Shown: piece after piece, positions 23,549-34,600 of the stretch
Layout: every line of letters starts with the position of its first letter
Numbering within the stretch: the first letter of the stretch is position 1
Source of the DNA: Eledone cirrhosa
Taxonomy: Eukaryota
DNA: 64,000 bases
Assembly: GCA_964016885.1 (NCBI GenBank)
Contig: OZ024744.1
Span: 94,674,001-94,738,000, forward strand
Reading direction: 5' to 3'
The notes under the pieces: model-generated
What the model was told of the DNA's origin: nothing
Seen by the model: only the letters and a program-made list of their open reading frames with translations
Database searches by the model: none
Translations under genes and position numbers: made by a program

Positions 23549-24082
23549 ATACAAGGTTTGTCCCAAAGGTAAGGGTATTGGTGTTTTATTTAAATGTATA
23601 TTAGACATGCATGAAAATACAAGTTATCTCCTTTAAAATATGACCTTTGGGATGTCACATAGTTGTTCAGACGTTTTTTCCATTGATTGTAGCAGTACTG
23701 GAAGTCATTTTCTGTGAGTGTTCTTAGCTTGCCGGTTACAATTTTTTGTGTTTTCCACAGTCCCAAAATGATGACCCTTCAACTTCAATTTCAATTAAGG
23801 GAAGCGGTAGAAATCACACAGACCTAGATCTAGGCTGTAGGGAGGATATGGAAGAGTGGACATGTTTTTCTTTGCCAGAAATTCTCTGATCGAAAGGGCT
23901 GTGTTTTGCACCATTTTTTTTCATGTGCAAATAGGCAGGTAAAATTCTGGGAACTGCATTTTTATCCAAGCCTGTTTCTTCTGCAATCATCCCAACCCTT
24001 AATGGTGATTTTTTTTGCCATCACTGCTCACACCACTTCCAAATTTTGTTCATTTGTTGACGAGATAGGCCTTCCAGAACGA
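23549..24082 (-). mobile_element. Decayed mariner (DD34D-type) transposon
   Basis: Minus-strand IREFLAKKNMSTLPYPPYSLDLGLCDFYRFP*LKLKLKGHHF (YSPDLAP.DF motif) and NVENEPRSGRPISS. TA-CAAGGTTTGTCCCAAAGGTA terminus at about 23549. Confidence 0.85.
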
Positions 24083-24084
24083 GG

Positions 24085-25058
24085 TTCATTTTCAACATTT
24101 TAGTCTGCACATATATTCCCAGGTCTCACTCCCATGCAGGATTGCTGATCATACAATCTACCTTTCTTTTTGAGATAAACGCCTTTTGTAGCTAGCAGTG
24201 TAAGTAACTCACTGAACTTCCATCCTATTCTCACTCTGGCTACTATACTTTCAGAACACCCCTCTCCAATGCTAATTTGGTCACCCAGGTAACAGAAACT
24301 ATCAACTACTTTTGTCAATCCTTCTGGGCATTTATAAAAGTTTGTTTCCTGTGAGCTCTTGATTCTTCCTGCTCCTATGCATCAACCACATACCAAACCT
24401 ACATTTTTTTGCTAGCCTACCTGTGTTCCCACTACATCTCTAGTGTACTGTGTACCCATAGTTTGCATTTACATTTGGAACATAGGATAGAATTTCTACC
24501 CACTCCTTTCCTGCACACTGACCAAGACTATTTCGCTGAGAGGATCGGGGCCTTGTTTTCCTTTCTACTTACTCGGACTTTAGTATTTGGCAAGTTGACT
24601 TTAAGACCTTTTGTTTCCAAGCTATGCTTCCAGGTCAGGAATTTATTCTCTAGTTCTGCCATAGATTTGACTATGATGGTGAGATCATATGGTATATAGG
24701 AGTTCCTATGGGCACCTAGTCTTAAACTCTTCCATTGAAACAGGAGAAGGGTAAGAACAGAGCTCTTATGGACTTGAACATGTACACTAAATTCCTCACT
24801 ATAATCCTTGTTAACTCTATTTTTGCTAACTGCTCCTCTGTACATGGCTTGTATTACCTTCACAAGCCACTCATCCTCTAGTTTTCTAAGAGCTCACCAA
24901 ATTATGGAATGGGACTCTATCAAAAGCTTTTTCCATGCCAACATACACCAAGTAGAAGGGCTTACTTTTAGCTAGGTATTTCTCCTGTAGTTGCCTCACA
25001 AGGAAGATAGCATCAGTGGTACTTTTACCTGGCACAAATTCAAACAGTATCTCATCTC
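24085..25058 (-). mobile_element. Decayed RTE-clade LINE RT fragment (second family)
   Basis: Minus-strand TTDAIFLVRQLQEKYLAKSKPFYLVYVGMEKAFDRVP, WKHSLETKGLKVNLPNTKV and VVDSFCYLGDQISIGEGCSESIVARVRIGW. Confidence 0.88.
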
Positions 25059-25583
25059 ATCATATGTGTACAGTGGCAATATTTACGCTGAATAGAAAGA
25101 GAAGACGGGATCTAATATTTCAGGTTAAATCCTTTATCAAAGTAGAGTAAGAAAATAAAAGAGTTAGGAAGAAACAAAAGTGTAAAATGATAGCAAATTG
25201 AAAAAAAAAAAAAGCAGTTGTGGTTGAAAACACCTGTTGAATGGAAGAAATTTGACTATTAGCACAGGAAGTGGACAAACGAACAAGATGGTAGTAAGAA
25301 CAGATAGATAGATATGTTTCTTTATTAGCCACAGGGGCACAAAAGAAGGGGACAAATACAGATAGATAGATAGGTAGAGAGAAAGAGAGTGTGTGTGTGA
25401 GTGACGAACCATATGGTAGCATGAACTAGTGGGGTGGGGTGGGGAAGTTGGTGGTGATTTATGTGTGTAAAAGTGTATCAGTGCCTGAAAAAAATAGAGG
25501 TGAGGCTGGTGAGCTAGATATTGGTGTGGAAGAGAGGTGATGTATATATAGAGATGTACAAGGAGGCTTATACAATTGACAAT

Positions 25584-25770
25584 TGTTTCTACTTTTTGGC
25601 ACAAGGCCAGCAATTATCCCAGTGTATTACTGGTACTTTATTTTATCGACACCCGTGAGGATGAAAGGCAAAGTTAACCTCGGCGGGATTTGAACTCAGT
25701 CCGTAAAGGGACATAACTGTGCTGCAAAGCATGGTGTCCGACCCTCTACCGATACTGCCAATCCACCACC
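25584..25770 (-). mobile_element. tRNA-derived SINE, family A
   Basis: Matches 283-497 and 30135-30318. Confidence 0.85.
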
Positions 25771-27034
25771 TTATACAATCGATAATGAGTGTTTGTGTGT
25801 AGATATATGTAAATTTAGAGTTATGAATATGTGGGAAGTTGGTATGTTTGTGTACTGATGTATATATGTGTTTGTGATACATGCAGACTCTTTGGAGAGG
25901 TGTATATGTATACAGTGGTGTGTGTGTATGAAGTGTTGTAGCGTGCAAAATGAAAAGATGTGTTGTGGTAGGGTATGAAATGAAAGGATGTTAAGATGCA
26001 GTTAGTTAAATGTTATTACATTGTTCAAGTGAAAGGGGGACAGGGTAACAAAGATGTAAGATGAGGTGTTGTTCCTTACGATAGTGAGAAGCCAGGAAAC
26101 CATAGCTTGAAAGAATATTACACAGGTTGAGTGATGGGAGATAATGTGAATAGGTAAGTTGATCTGATAGGCAACAAGTGATGTGGTGTTATATAGGTGG
26201 ATGTCTAGAAGACGTCTTATAGAAACAATCTGCTAACCTATAGCCAGTCTCATCAATGTATATGAGATCCTAGAAAATACAATAAATGATATTTCTGGAG
26301 GTGCAGGTGATGTTGTCAGTGATATAGGAAGGACAAAAAAAATCAAGGAGAATAATACAGTACAATGATGATATATATCAGTTTAATGCTTGATGTAATA
26401 GGAAATGTTTTGGATGTTAGTCCTTCAACAGAAGATAGAATGAGGGATAAAGGAAAAAATAGAATGATAGACAAGGTTTATCAGAAGAACACATACATAT
26501 GTTCATAACATATATATATATGAACATGTGTATATATATATAAACCCATGCTAACGTGGAAGATAGACGTTAAACGATGATGATGATGATGATGATGCAT
26601 GTTTAAATATATATATATGCACAGATATAAATATATATATACACAGATATAAATATATATATATACACAGATATAAATATATATATGTGTGTGTGTGTGT
26701 TTATGTATATATATATATATTTATATACACATATACCCACACATGCGTGCACACGCATATATAGTTACTTGAGTGTAATTTTATATGACAAAAGAATGAG
26801 CCCCAGTAATTAATATATTTTAAGACCAGGTATTAGCTATTCAAGGAACTAGCAGTTTCATAGTCTTTATCGAGAAAAGCATGTATACTCCATTATCAGA
26901 AGTCAGGCTGTCATCACGAAACACCCAGAATGATAATTAGAGGTTTCAAATTTTTTTTTTTTAAATTACATTGGTGGAAGGGAAGTAACTCTGTTTGGTC
27001 TGACATGTGACTGTGATGATATAACAATGAATTA

Positions 27035-27348
27035 GAAGACAGACAGTTGGTTAGAATTTACATCATTTATTTGTTACACATCACTTTTAAATGTATTTCT
27101 GTTATGTAACAGTTACAACCTCCTCAGGCAGCTTTTTTGTGAACAGAAAGCTGCATGAATAAAAATTACATAAATGAAATGACTGAATGGAAACTGCATG
27201 CTTATTTTGTATTTTTGTTCATTTAATTTTTATTCATGTAATACCTGTCTGATGGGAGTTTTATTGTTACATAATGGTTACCATTGAAATACGTATAACA
27301 GCGATTATGTAACAAATAAATGATATCAATTCCAACCCACTGACTTCT
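27035..27348. repeat. Diverged inverted repeat with degenerate hammerhead motifs
   Basis: CATCATTTATTTGTTACA (27061) pairs with TGTAACAAATAAATGAT (27308). Right arm reads CTGT-CTGATGG-...-GAAAT-ACGT-ATA-ACAG. Confidence 0.6.
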
Positions 27349-28064
27349 ACTTATACCAGTATTCTGGAGTACCCATACCTACGTATAAACTTTTTCTAGT
27401 GCACTATCCTGTGTACACTAGTGTTGGTTGATTAGCTAATGCAAAATATATCAAGTATATATATCTATCTATCTAGTTGAACAGCTACTGCCATGTGTGG
27501 GATGAATCCGGTTGTCAGCTGAGTCCATTGTGAGTATTACCTCACTGCCTTCATTTAACAGTGAAGGAGAGGCAGTTTTCCTCTGTCTGGTGGCTATGGC
27601 CAAAGAAGTGATATAATGGACGAGACTGAAAGGACTGAGGGCAAACACTTTATCTCTGGACAACAACTCATCCCTTCTTTAAGCACCACTTCAGAAGGAA
27701 TGTGAGAGTGAAGAGAGATGTGCTGCACCCCAGTAAATTCAGTGAAAGGAGGTTGTATGTGGCGAAAATGGCCCAAGTGAATGGGCCTTCTCTGTATATA
27801 AACCTGTAGGTTGAAGAGGACAAAAGAGGGAAGATAGGTCACCTACAAAACGTTGCTCCTGGTGTTGAGGGTCATTCTATGTACAGGTTGTAAAACAACT
27901 CCACAGAAATATTCCCTCCTATTGGGGATTTCGACTGTTTAATTTTCATTTTTATAACCTCTTTATATGATTTTATGTAAACCCCCCCTGCCATCACATC
28001 TTGTAATGTCCCATTTCTTGGGAGCCCCCTGTGGCAAATAAAGAAACATATTTATTTACTTACC

Positions 28065-28110
<46 letters not shown>

Positions 28111-28112
<2 letters not shown>

Positions 28113-28258
28113 GAAGTGGTAACACAACAGTTAGTTCACTATAACGAGAACAATTGTTACACCTTAGCGGGTCTTCAGCTTGTTTACGAGCTGAAGATTC
28201 GCCTAGGTGAAACAATTGTTCTCGTTATGGTGAACTAACTGTTGTGTTACCACTTCTA
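28111..28258. repeat. 148-bp near-perfect palindrome
   Basis: TAGAAGTGGTAACACAACAGTTAGTTCAC... mirrors ...GTGAACTAACTGTTGTGTTACCACTTCTA, centred near 28184. Confidence 0.95.
28186..28225 (+). ncRNA. Minimal type I hammerhead-like motif
   Basis: ACGAG-CUGAAGA-uucgccuaggu-GAAAC-AAUU-GUU-CUCGU. 5-bp stem I, core boxes, and a palindromic AAUU loop III as in dimeric minimal hammerheads. Stem II is weak. Confidence 0.6.
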
Positions 28259-28629
28259 CCTAACTCGTCCCATGGACTGAGTGCTCTACCACTACGGATA
28301 TTACCTTCCAGTGTTCTACCTCTCTCTCTCTATATATATATAGATATGTTTCTTTATATATATATATAGATATACACATATATATATATCAAATGAAACA
28401 ACGGAGTTAAGGACTCGCATTTATCCCTGTAATTTAATGAGCTCAAGCAAAAAATTACCGGGCTCTTCATAATACAATATACAAAAGTGTTATAAAGGTG
28501 GGTTTTAATTTATCTCATTAATTATAATGTATTTCCCTTACTTTTCGTAGATTTTATGTTTTTCACTCTAGTAACCTTATACCTCCTGTAATTGAAAACA
28601 CACTTTCCTGTTTTGTCCTCTCTATATTG

Positions 28630-28663
<34 letters not shown>

Positions 28664-28785
28664 TAGCCAAGTTACCCACGCCTTGCTGCGTTTCACACAT
28701 TTTTTTTGTAAGAAAATGATGATTGATTTTAAATCAGTGATATAATTTATGGAGAAAAACTCTGCTGCATTTCAAAATTACTCAA

Positions 28786-29134
28786 TCATCATCATCATCA
28801 TCATCATTTCATTTTACGTCCGCTTTTTCCCTGCTTGCAAGGGTGGGACGGGAACTGATGCTGGCTTGATTTCTACAGCTGGATGCCTTTCCTAACACCA
28901 ACCTCATTTACAGTGAGTGCTGGGTGCTTTTTTCCCGTGGCACCTCCACGACCACTTTGCAGTGGTATGATATGGACCCCAGTCCCTATCACCTCATTTC
29001 TACAGCTGAGTAAACTGGAGCAATGTGAAATAAAGTGTCTTGCTCAAGGAAACAACACATCACCAGTCTGAGAATTGAACTCACAACCTTTTGATTGCAA
29101 GGCCAATGCTCTAACCACGAAGCCATGTGCCTCC
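28786..29134 (-). mobile_element. Full-length tRNA-derived SINE, family B
   Basis: Collinear with 19737-20130. (CAT)n at left and ..AACCACGAAGCCATGTGCCTCC head at right. Confidence 0.85.
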
Positions 29135-29231
29135 AATGTAAAATGTAATGCATGAAAAATTGGAAAACATTTTTTGTAATATATCAAATCAAAATTACAT
29201 TATTAAATCTTATTCTTATTTTGTTTTGCAA

Positions 29232-29480
29232 GATCTAAAAATAGTTAATGGCATTCTATGCATAACATTCAGAGAAGCTTGCCTTGCCAGAGGGCTTTTG
29301 GAGAATGATGACCATTTATGACTTGCCATGCAAGAAGCAAGAATATCTCAGTCACCTGCAAACATGAGAAGTCTCTTTGCCATTATTTTGACAGCATGTT
29401 CACCAGGTAATCCAGTAGAGCTTTGGGAGATATTCAAAGAAGCATTGTCAGAAGATTATTTAATGCAACATCCCAGTCTC
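29232..29480 (+). pseudogene. Helitron RepHel protein fragment
   Basis: DLKIVNGILCITFREACLARGLLENDDHL*LAMQEARISQSPANMRSLFAIILTACSPGNPVELWEIFKEALSEDY resembles the conserved region between the Rep and PIF1-like helicase domains (TF.EAC...GLL..D; LR.LF..IL..C.P.NP..LW....MSED). One in-frame stop. Confidence 0.85.
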
Positions 29481-30134
29481 AGATTTTATATTCAATCAAG
29501 TTTTGTGTCATTTAGAATACAAAGTTTTCAGGATGGGAGGACATGTTTTGACAACATATGGCTTACCAAGAGCATCCCAAGTTATGGGCTTCTAAAATTT
29601 TCACTATAGGGGGTTTAACACCTATTAGGGTGTCTTAATATTATTGAAATTTGCTGAAATTTTGTTAATAGGCATCATATCTTGTCATTTAACTATGGTT
29701 TAAATTTCATATAAAATGAAGGGAACATTTTTCAGCAGGGGTTTGTGCCCCTTGGGAACCCTGTGATTAAAATGAAATATACTTATCCAAGTACCCTGGT
29801 CAATGTAGTTTCACAATACATATGATTATGGAGTCTATCTCCAAAACCATAGAAATAGTCCGTGAACAAACAAACAAACAGACAGGAACTACAGCTTTAT
29901 ATATATATATTTTTCTCCATAAATTATCTCACTGATTTAAAATCAATCATCATTAACAAGACACATCCAAATCTCTCTTATATATAGAGTCACACATCAC
30001 AACACAACCTGATTTCAGTTTGACAAGTGCCACCGATGAATGCAAGAAAGTTCTCCAAGAAAATTAACCAGGAATCTTTAAAATTCTTCCCACCGAAATT
30101 AACAAAGAACTTATTAGATCTACCAACTCATAAT

Positions 30135-30318
30135 TGTTTCTACTTTAGGCACAAGGCCAGCAATTACCCAGTGCATTACTGGTACTTTATTTTATCGACC
30201 CCGTAAGGATGAAAGGCAAAGTCAACCTCGGCGGGATTTGAACTCAGATCGTAAAGGGACATAACTATGCTGGAAAGCATAGTGTCCGACCCTCTACTGA
30301 TACTGCCAATTCACCATC
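30135..30318 (-). mobile_element. tRNA-derived SINE, family A
   Basis: Matches 25584-25770. Confidence 0.85.
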
Positions 30319-30578
30319 TCATAATATTATAATATTATAAAATTAAATCAAATTATTTAGAACTACAAGTGAAGTCATTCTTTTCCTTTTTTTCAAATAT
30401 ACATATATATATATATATATTATGTGTATATATATCATCATCATCATCATCATCGTCTAATGTCCATCTTCCACACTTAGCATGGGCTAGACGGTTTCGT
30501 TCCCTTTGATGCGGGAATGGACAGGAGACCGTGTCTCGCTCGCACGGAAGTGTACATACATACATATATATATATGTG

Positions 30579-30757
<179 letters not shown>

Positions 30758-30891
30758 CGTCTAAACCCATGCTAGCGTGGAAGATAGCCGTTAAACGATG
30801 ATGATGATGATATATATATAGTTCAAAATGAATAACAAACAAACACAGGAGTCAATGGTATGTAGTGTTAGTAGCTTCACGCTTGGTGAGA

Positions 30892-30950
<59 letters not shown>

Positions 30951-31389
30951 TGTATATATATACACACACACATAAATGTGTATGTGAGTATATTATTCAT
31001 TAATATGGCTAAGTAATACATCTTATTCTGGAGTTTCACCTGTGTATTCACATGATCATCATTAAGACTGAATGTCCATTGTTAGTGACAGTCTAAGTAG
31101 GGAAGGACATGGGGGCGGGTGAGGAGTAGTAGGATTGGGGGGGCGGTGTTGACAAGATGGAATGTGAATGTGGTGGTGGTGGTGGAATTTAATGAGGTGT
31201 GGACAATAATAGAGAGAATATGGGGAAGGAAAATAAAATAAGAAATAAAAAGAAAATAAAGTAAAGAATAATAAAGAAAAAAAGGAAAGAAAGAAAGAAA
31301 ATTGGAGAGAAAAACAAAGTGTCTTTTTCCTGTATTTTTCTTTCCTTTTCTTTCTTTTTCTTTCTTTTGCTTTCTTTTTACTTAGATTT

Positions 31390-31640
31390 GGAGGCATGTA
31401 GTCTTGCGGTAAGGGTGTTGGACTTATGATCATAATGTTGTGGGTTTGATTCCTGGACTGTGTTGTTTTCTTGAGCAGAGGACTTTATTTCACATTGCTG
31501 GTCTACCCACAGAAGTAGCTGGGGTTTTAACCTTGTGATGGACTAGCAGCCTGTCCAGTGGGAGGGAGTTTTAATATCTTAGTTGTTTCATGCCACAGAA
31601 ACTGGGATAATCATTGGACTGATGAGCCTCCAGCCTTGAG
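31390..31640 (+). mobile_element. tRNA-derived SINE adjacent to the satellite edge
   Basis: GGAGGCATGTAGTCTTGCGGTAAGGGTGTTGGAC..GGGTTTGATTCCTGGAC..TTCTTGAGCA..ACTTTATTTCACATTGCT. Same head as family B. Confidence 0.7.
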
Positions 31641-31669
31641 AAAGAGTTTAGACTTAGAAGCTCCTGTGT

Positions 31670-34600
31670 GTTGAGATACAAGAAACTGCTCCAATGACCA
31701 CCATGGTCAATTACATCTATTAATAACTCCCACATCTTGAGACACATGAGGCAGCCAAAGTACTCCAATGTGCACCACAGTCAGTTACATCTATCAATAT
31801 ATCTCACATCTTGAGACACATGAGGACGCCAAAGTGTTCCAATGACCACAGTCAGTTACATCTATCAATACATCTCACATCTTGAGACACATGAGGCAGC
31901 CAAAGTACTCCAATGACCACCACAGTCAGTTACATCTATCAATACATCCCACATCTTGAGACACATGAGGCAGCCAAAGTGTTCCAATGACCACAGTTAG
32001 TTATATCTATCAATACATCCCACATCTTGAGACACATGAGGCAGCCAAAGTACTCCAATGACCACAGTCAGTTACATCTATCAATACATCCCACATCTTG
32101 AGACACATGAGGCAGCCAAAGTGTTCCAATGACCACAGTCAGTTACATCTATCAATACATTTCACATTTTGAGACACATGAGGCAGCCAAAGTGTTCCAA
32201 TGACCACCACAGTCAGTTACATCTATCAATACATCCCACATCTTGAGACACATGAGGCAACCAAAGTGTTCCAATGACCACAGTTAGTTAGATCTATGAA
32301 TACATCCCACATCTTGAGACACATGAGGCAGCCAAAGTACTCCAATGACCACAGTCAGGTACATCTATCACAACATCCCACATCTTGAGACACATGAGAC
32401 AGCCAAAGTGTTCCTATGACCACAGTCGCGTTATATCTATCAATATATCTCACATCTTGAGACACATGAGGCAGCCAAAGTACTCCAATGACCACCACAG
32501 TCAATTACATCAGTCACAACATCCCACATCTTGAGACACATGAGGCAGCCAAAGTACTCCAATGACCACAGTCAGTTACATCTATCAATATATCTCACAT
32601 CTTGAGACACATGAGGCAGCCAAAGTACTCCAATGACCACCACAGTCAGTTACATCTATCAATACATCCCACATCTTGAGACACATGAGGCAGCCAAAGT
32701 GTTCCAATGACCACCACAGTCAGTTACATCTATCAATACATTTCACATCTTGAGACACATGAGGCAGCCAAAGTGTTCCAATGACCACAGTTAGTTACAT
32801 CTATCAATACATCCCACGTCTTGAGACACGTGAGGCAGCCAAAGTGTTCCAATGACCACAGTCAGTTACATCTATCAATACATCCCACATCTTGAGACAC
32901 TTGAGGCATCCAAAGTGTTCCAATGACCACAGTCAGTTACATCTATCACAACATCCCATGTCTTGAGACACATAAGGTAGCCAAAGTGTTCCAATGACCA
33001 CCACAGTCAGTTACATCTATCAATACATCTCACATCTTGAGACACATGAGGCAGCCAAAGTGTTCCAATGACCACAGTCAGTTACATCTATCAATACATC
33101 CCACATCTTGAGACACATGAGGCAGCCAAAGTGTTCCAATGATCACAGTCAGGTACATCTATCACAACATCCAACATCTTGAGACACATGAGGCAGCCAA
33201 AGTGTTCCAAGGACCACAGTCAGTTACATCTATCAATACATCCCACATCTTGAGACACATGAGGCAGCCAAAGTGTTCCAATGACCACCACAGTCAGTTA
33301 CATCTATCAATACATCCCACATCTTGAGACACATGAGGCAGCCAAAGTGTTCCAATGAACACAGTCAGTTAAATCTATCAATACATCCCACATCTTGAGA
33401 CAAATAAGGTAGCCAAAGTGTTCCAATGACCACCACAGTCAGTTACATCTATCAATACATCCCACATCTTGAGACACATGAGGCAGCCAAAGTGTTCCAA
33501 TGAACACATTCCGTTACATCTATCAATACATCCCACATCTTGAGACACATGAGGCAGCCAAAGTGTTCCAATGACCACAGTCAGGTACATCTATTAATAC
33601 ATCCCACATCTTGAGACACATGAGGCAGCCAAAGTGTTCCAATGACCACCACAGTCAGTTACATCTATCACAACATCCCGCATCTTGAGACACATCAGGC
33701 AGCCAAAGTGTTACAATGACCACCACAGTCAGTTACATCTATCAATACATCCCACATCTTGAGATACATGAGGCAGCCAAAGTGTTCCAATGACCACCAC
33801 AGTCAGTTACATCTATCAATACATCCCACATCTTGGGACACATGAGGGAGCCAAAGTGTTCCAATGACCACCACAGTCAGTTACATCTATCAATACATCC
33901 CACATCTTGAGACACATGAGGCAGCCAAAGTGTTCCAATGACCACAGTCAGTTTCATCTATCAATACATCCCACATCTTGAGACACATGAGGCAGCCAAA
34001 GTGTTCCAATGACCACAGTCAGTTTCATCTATCAATACATCCCACATCTTGAGACACATGAGGTAGCCAAAGTGTTCCAATGACTACAGTCAATTACATC
34101 TATCAATACATCCCACATCTTGAGACAGATAAGGTAGCCAAAGTGTTCCAATGACCACCACAGTCAGTTACTTCTATCAATACATCTCACATCTTGAGAC
34201 ACATGAGGCAGCCAAAGTGTTCCAATGACCACCACAGTCAGTTACATCTATCAATACATCCCACATCTTGAGATACATGAGACAGCCAAAGTGTTCCAAT
34301 GACCACCACAGTCAGTTACTTCTATCAATACATCCCACATCTTGAGACACATGAGGCAGCCAAAGTGTTCCAATGACCACCACAGTCAGTTACATCTATC
34401 AATACATCCCACATCTTGAGATACATGAGACAGCCAAAGTGTTCCAATGACCACCACAGTCAGTTACTTCTATCAATACATCCCACATCTTGAGACACAT
34501 GAGGCAGCCAAAGTGTTCCAATGACCACCACAGTCAGTTACATCTATCAATACATCCCACATCTTGAGACACATGAGGCAGCCAAAGTGTTCCAATGACC

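Larger units (their letters stand above)
28663..29910 (-). mobile_element. Helitron-like element carrying a RepHel coding fragment
   Basis: a|CTAG plus a GC-rich hairpin-like segment at the left end. (AAAC)n..CAGCTTTATATATAT at the right end, like 8130-8170. Internal RepHel peptide. Confidence 0.6.

Noticed and set aside
25310-28052. Inverted termini TGTTTCTTTATT.GCCACAGGGG at about 25315 and 28020-28050 as TIRs of one 2.7-kb element
   Set aside because: More simply two oppositely oriented 3' ends of a dispersed repeat. No TSD or transposase seen.
28390-28636. Possible further hammerhead/inverted repeat (TATGAAGAGCCC on minus strand; TAATACAATATA / TATATTGTATTA)
   Set aside because: Core lacks CUGA and a GAAA box. 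The inverted match is short and AT-rich.
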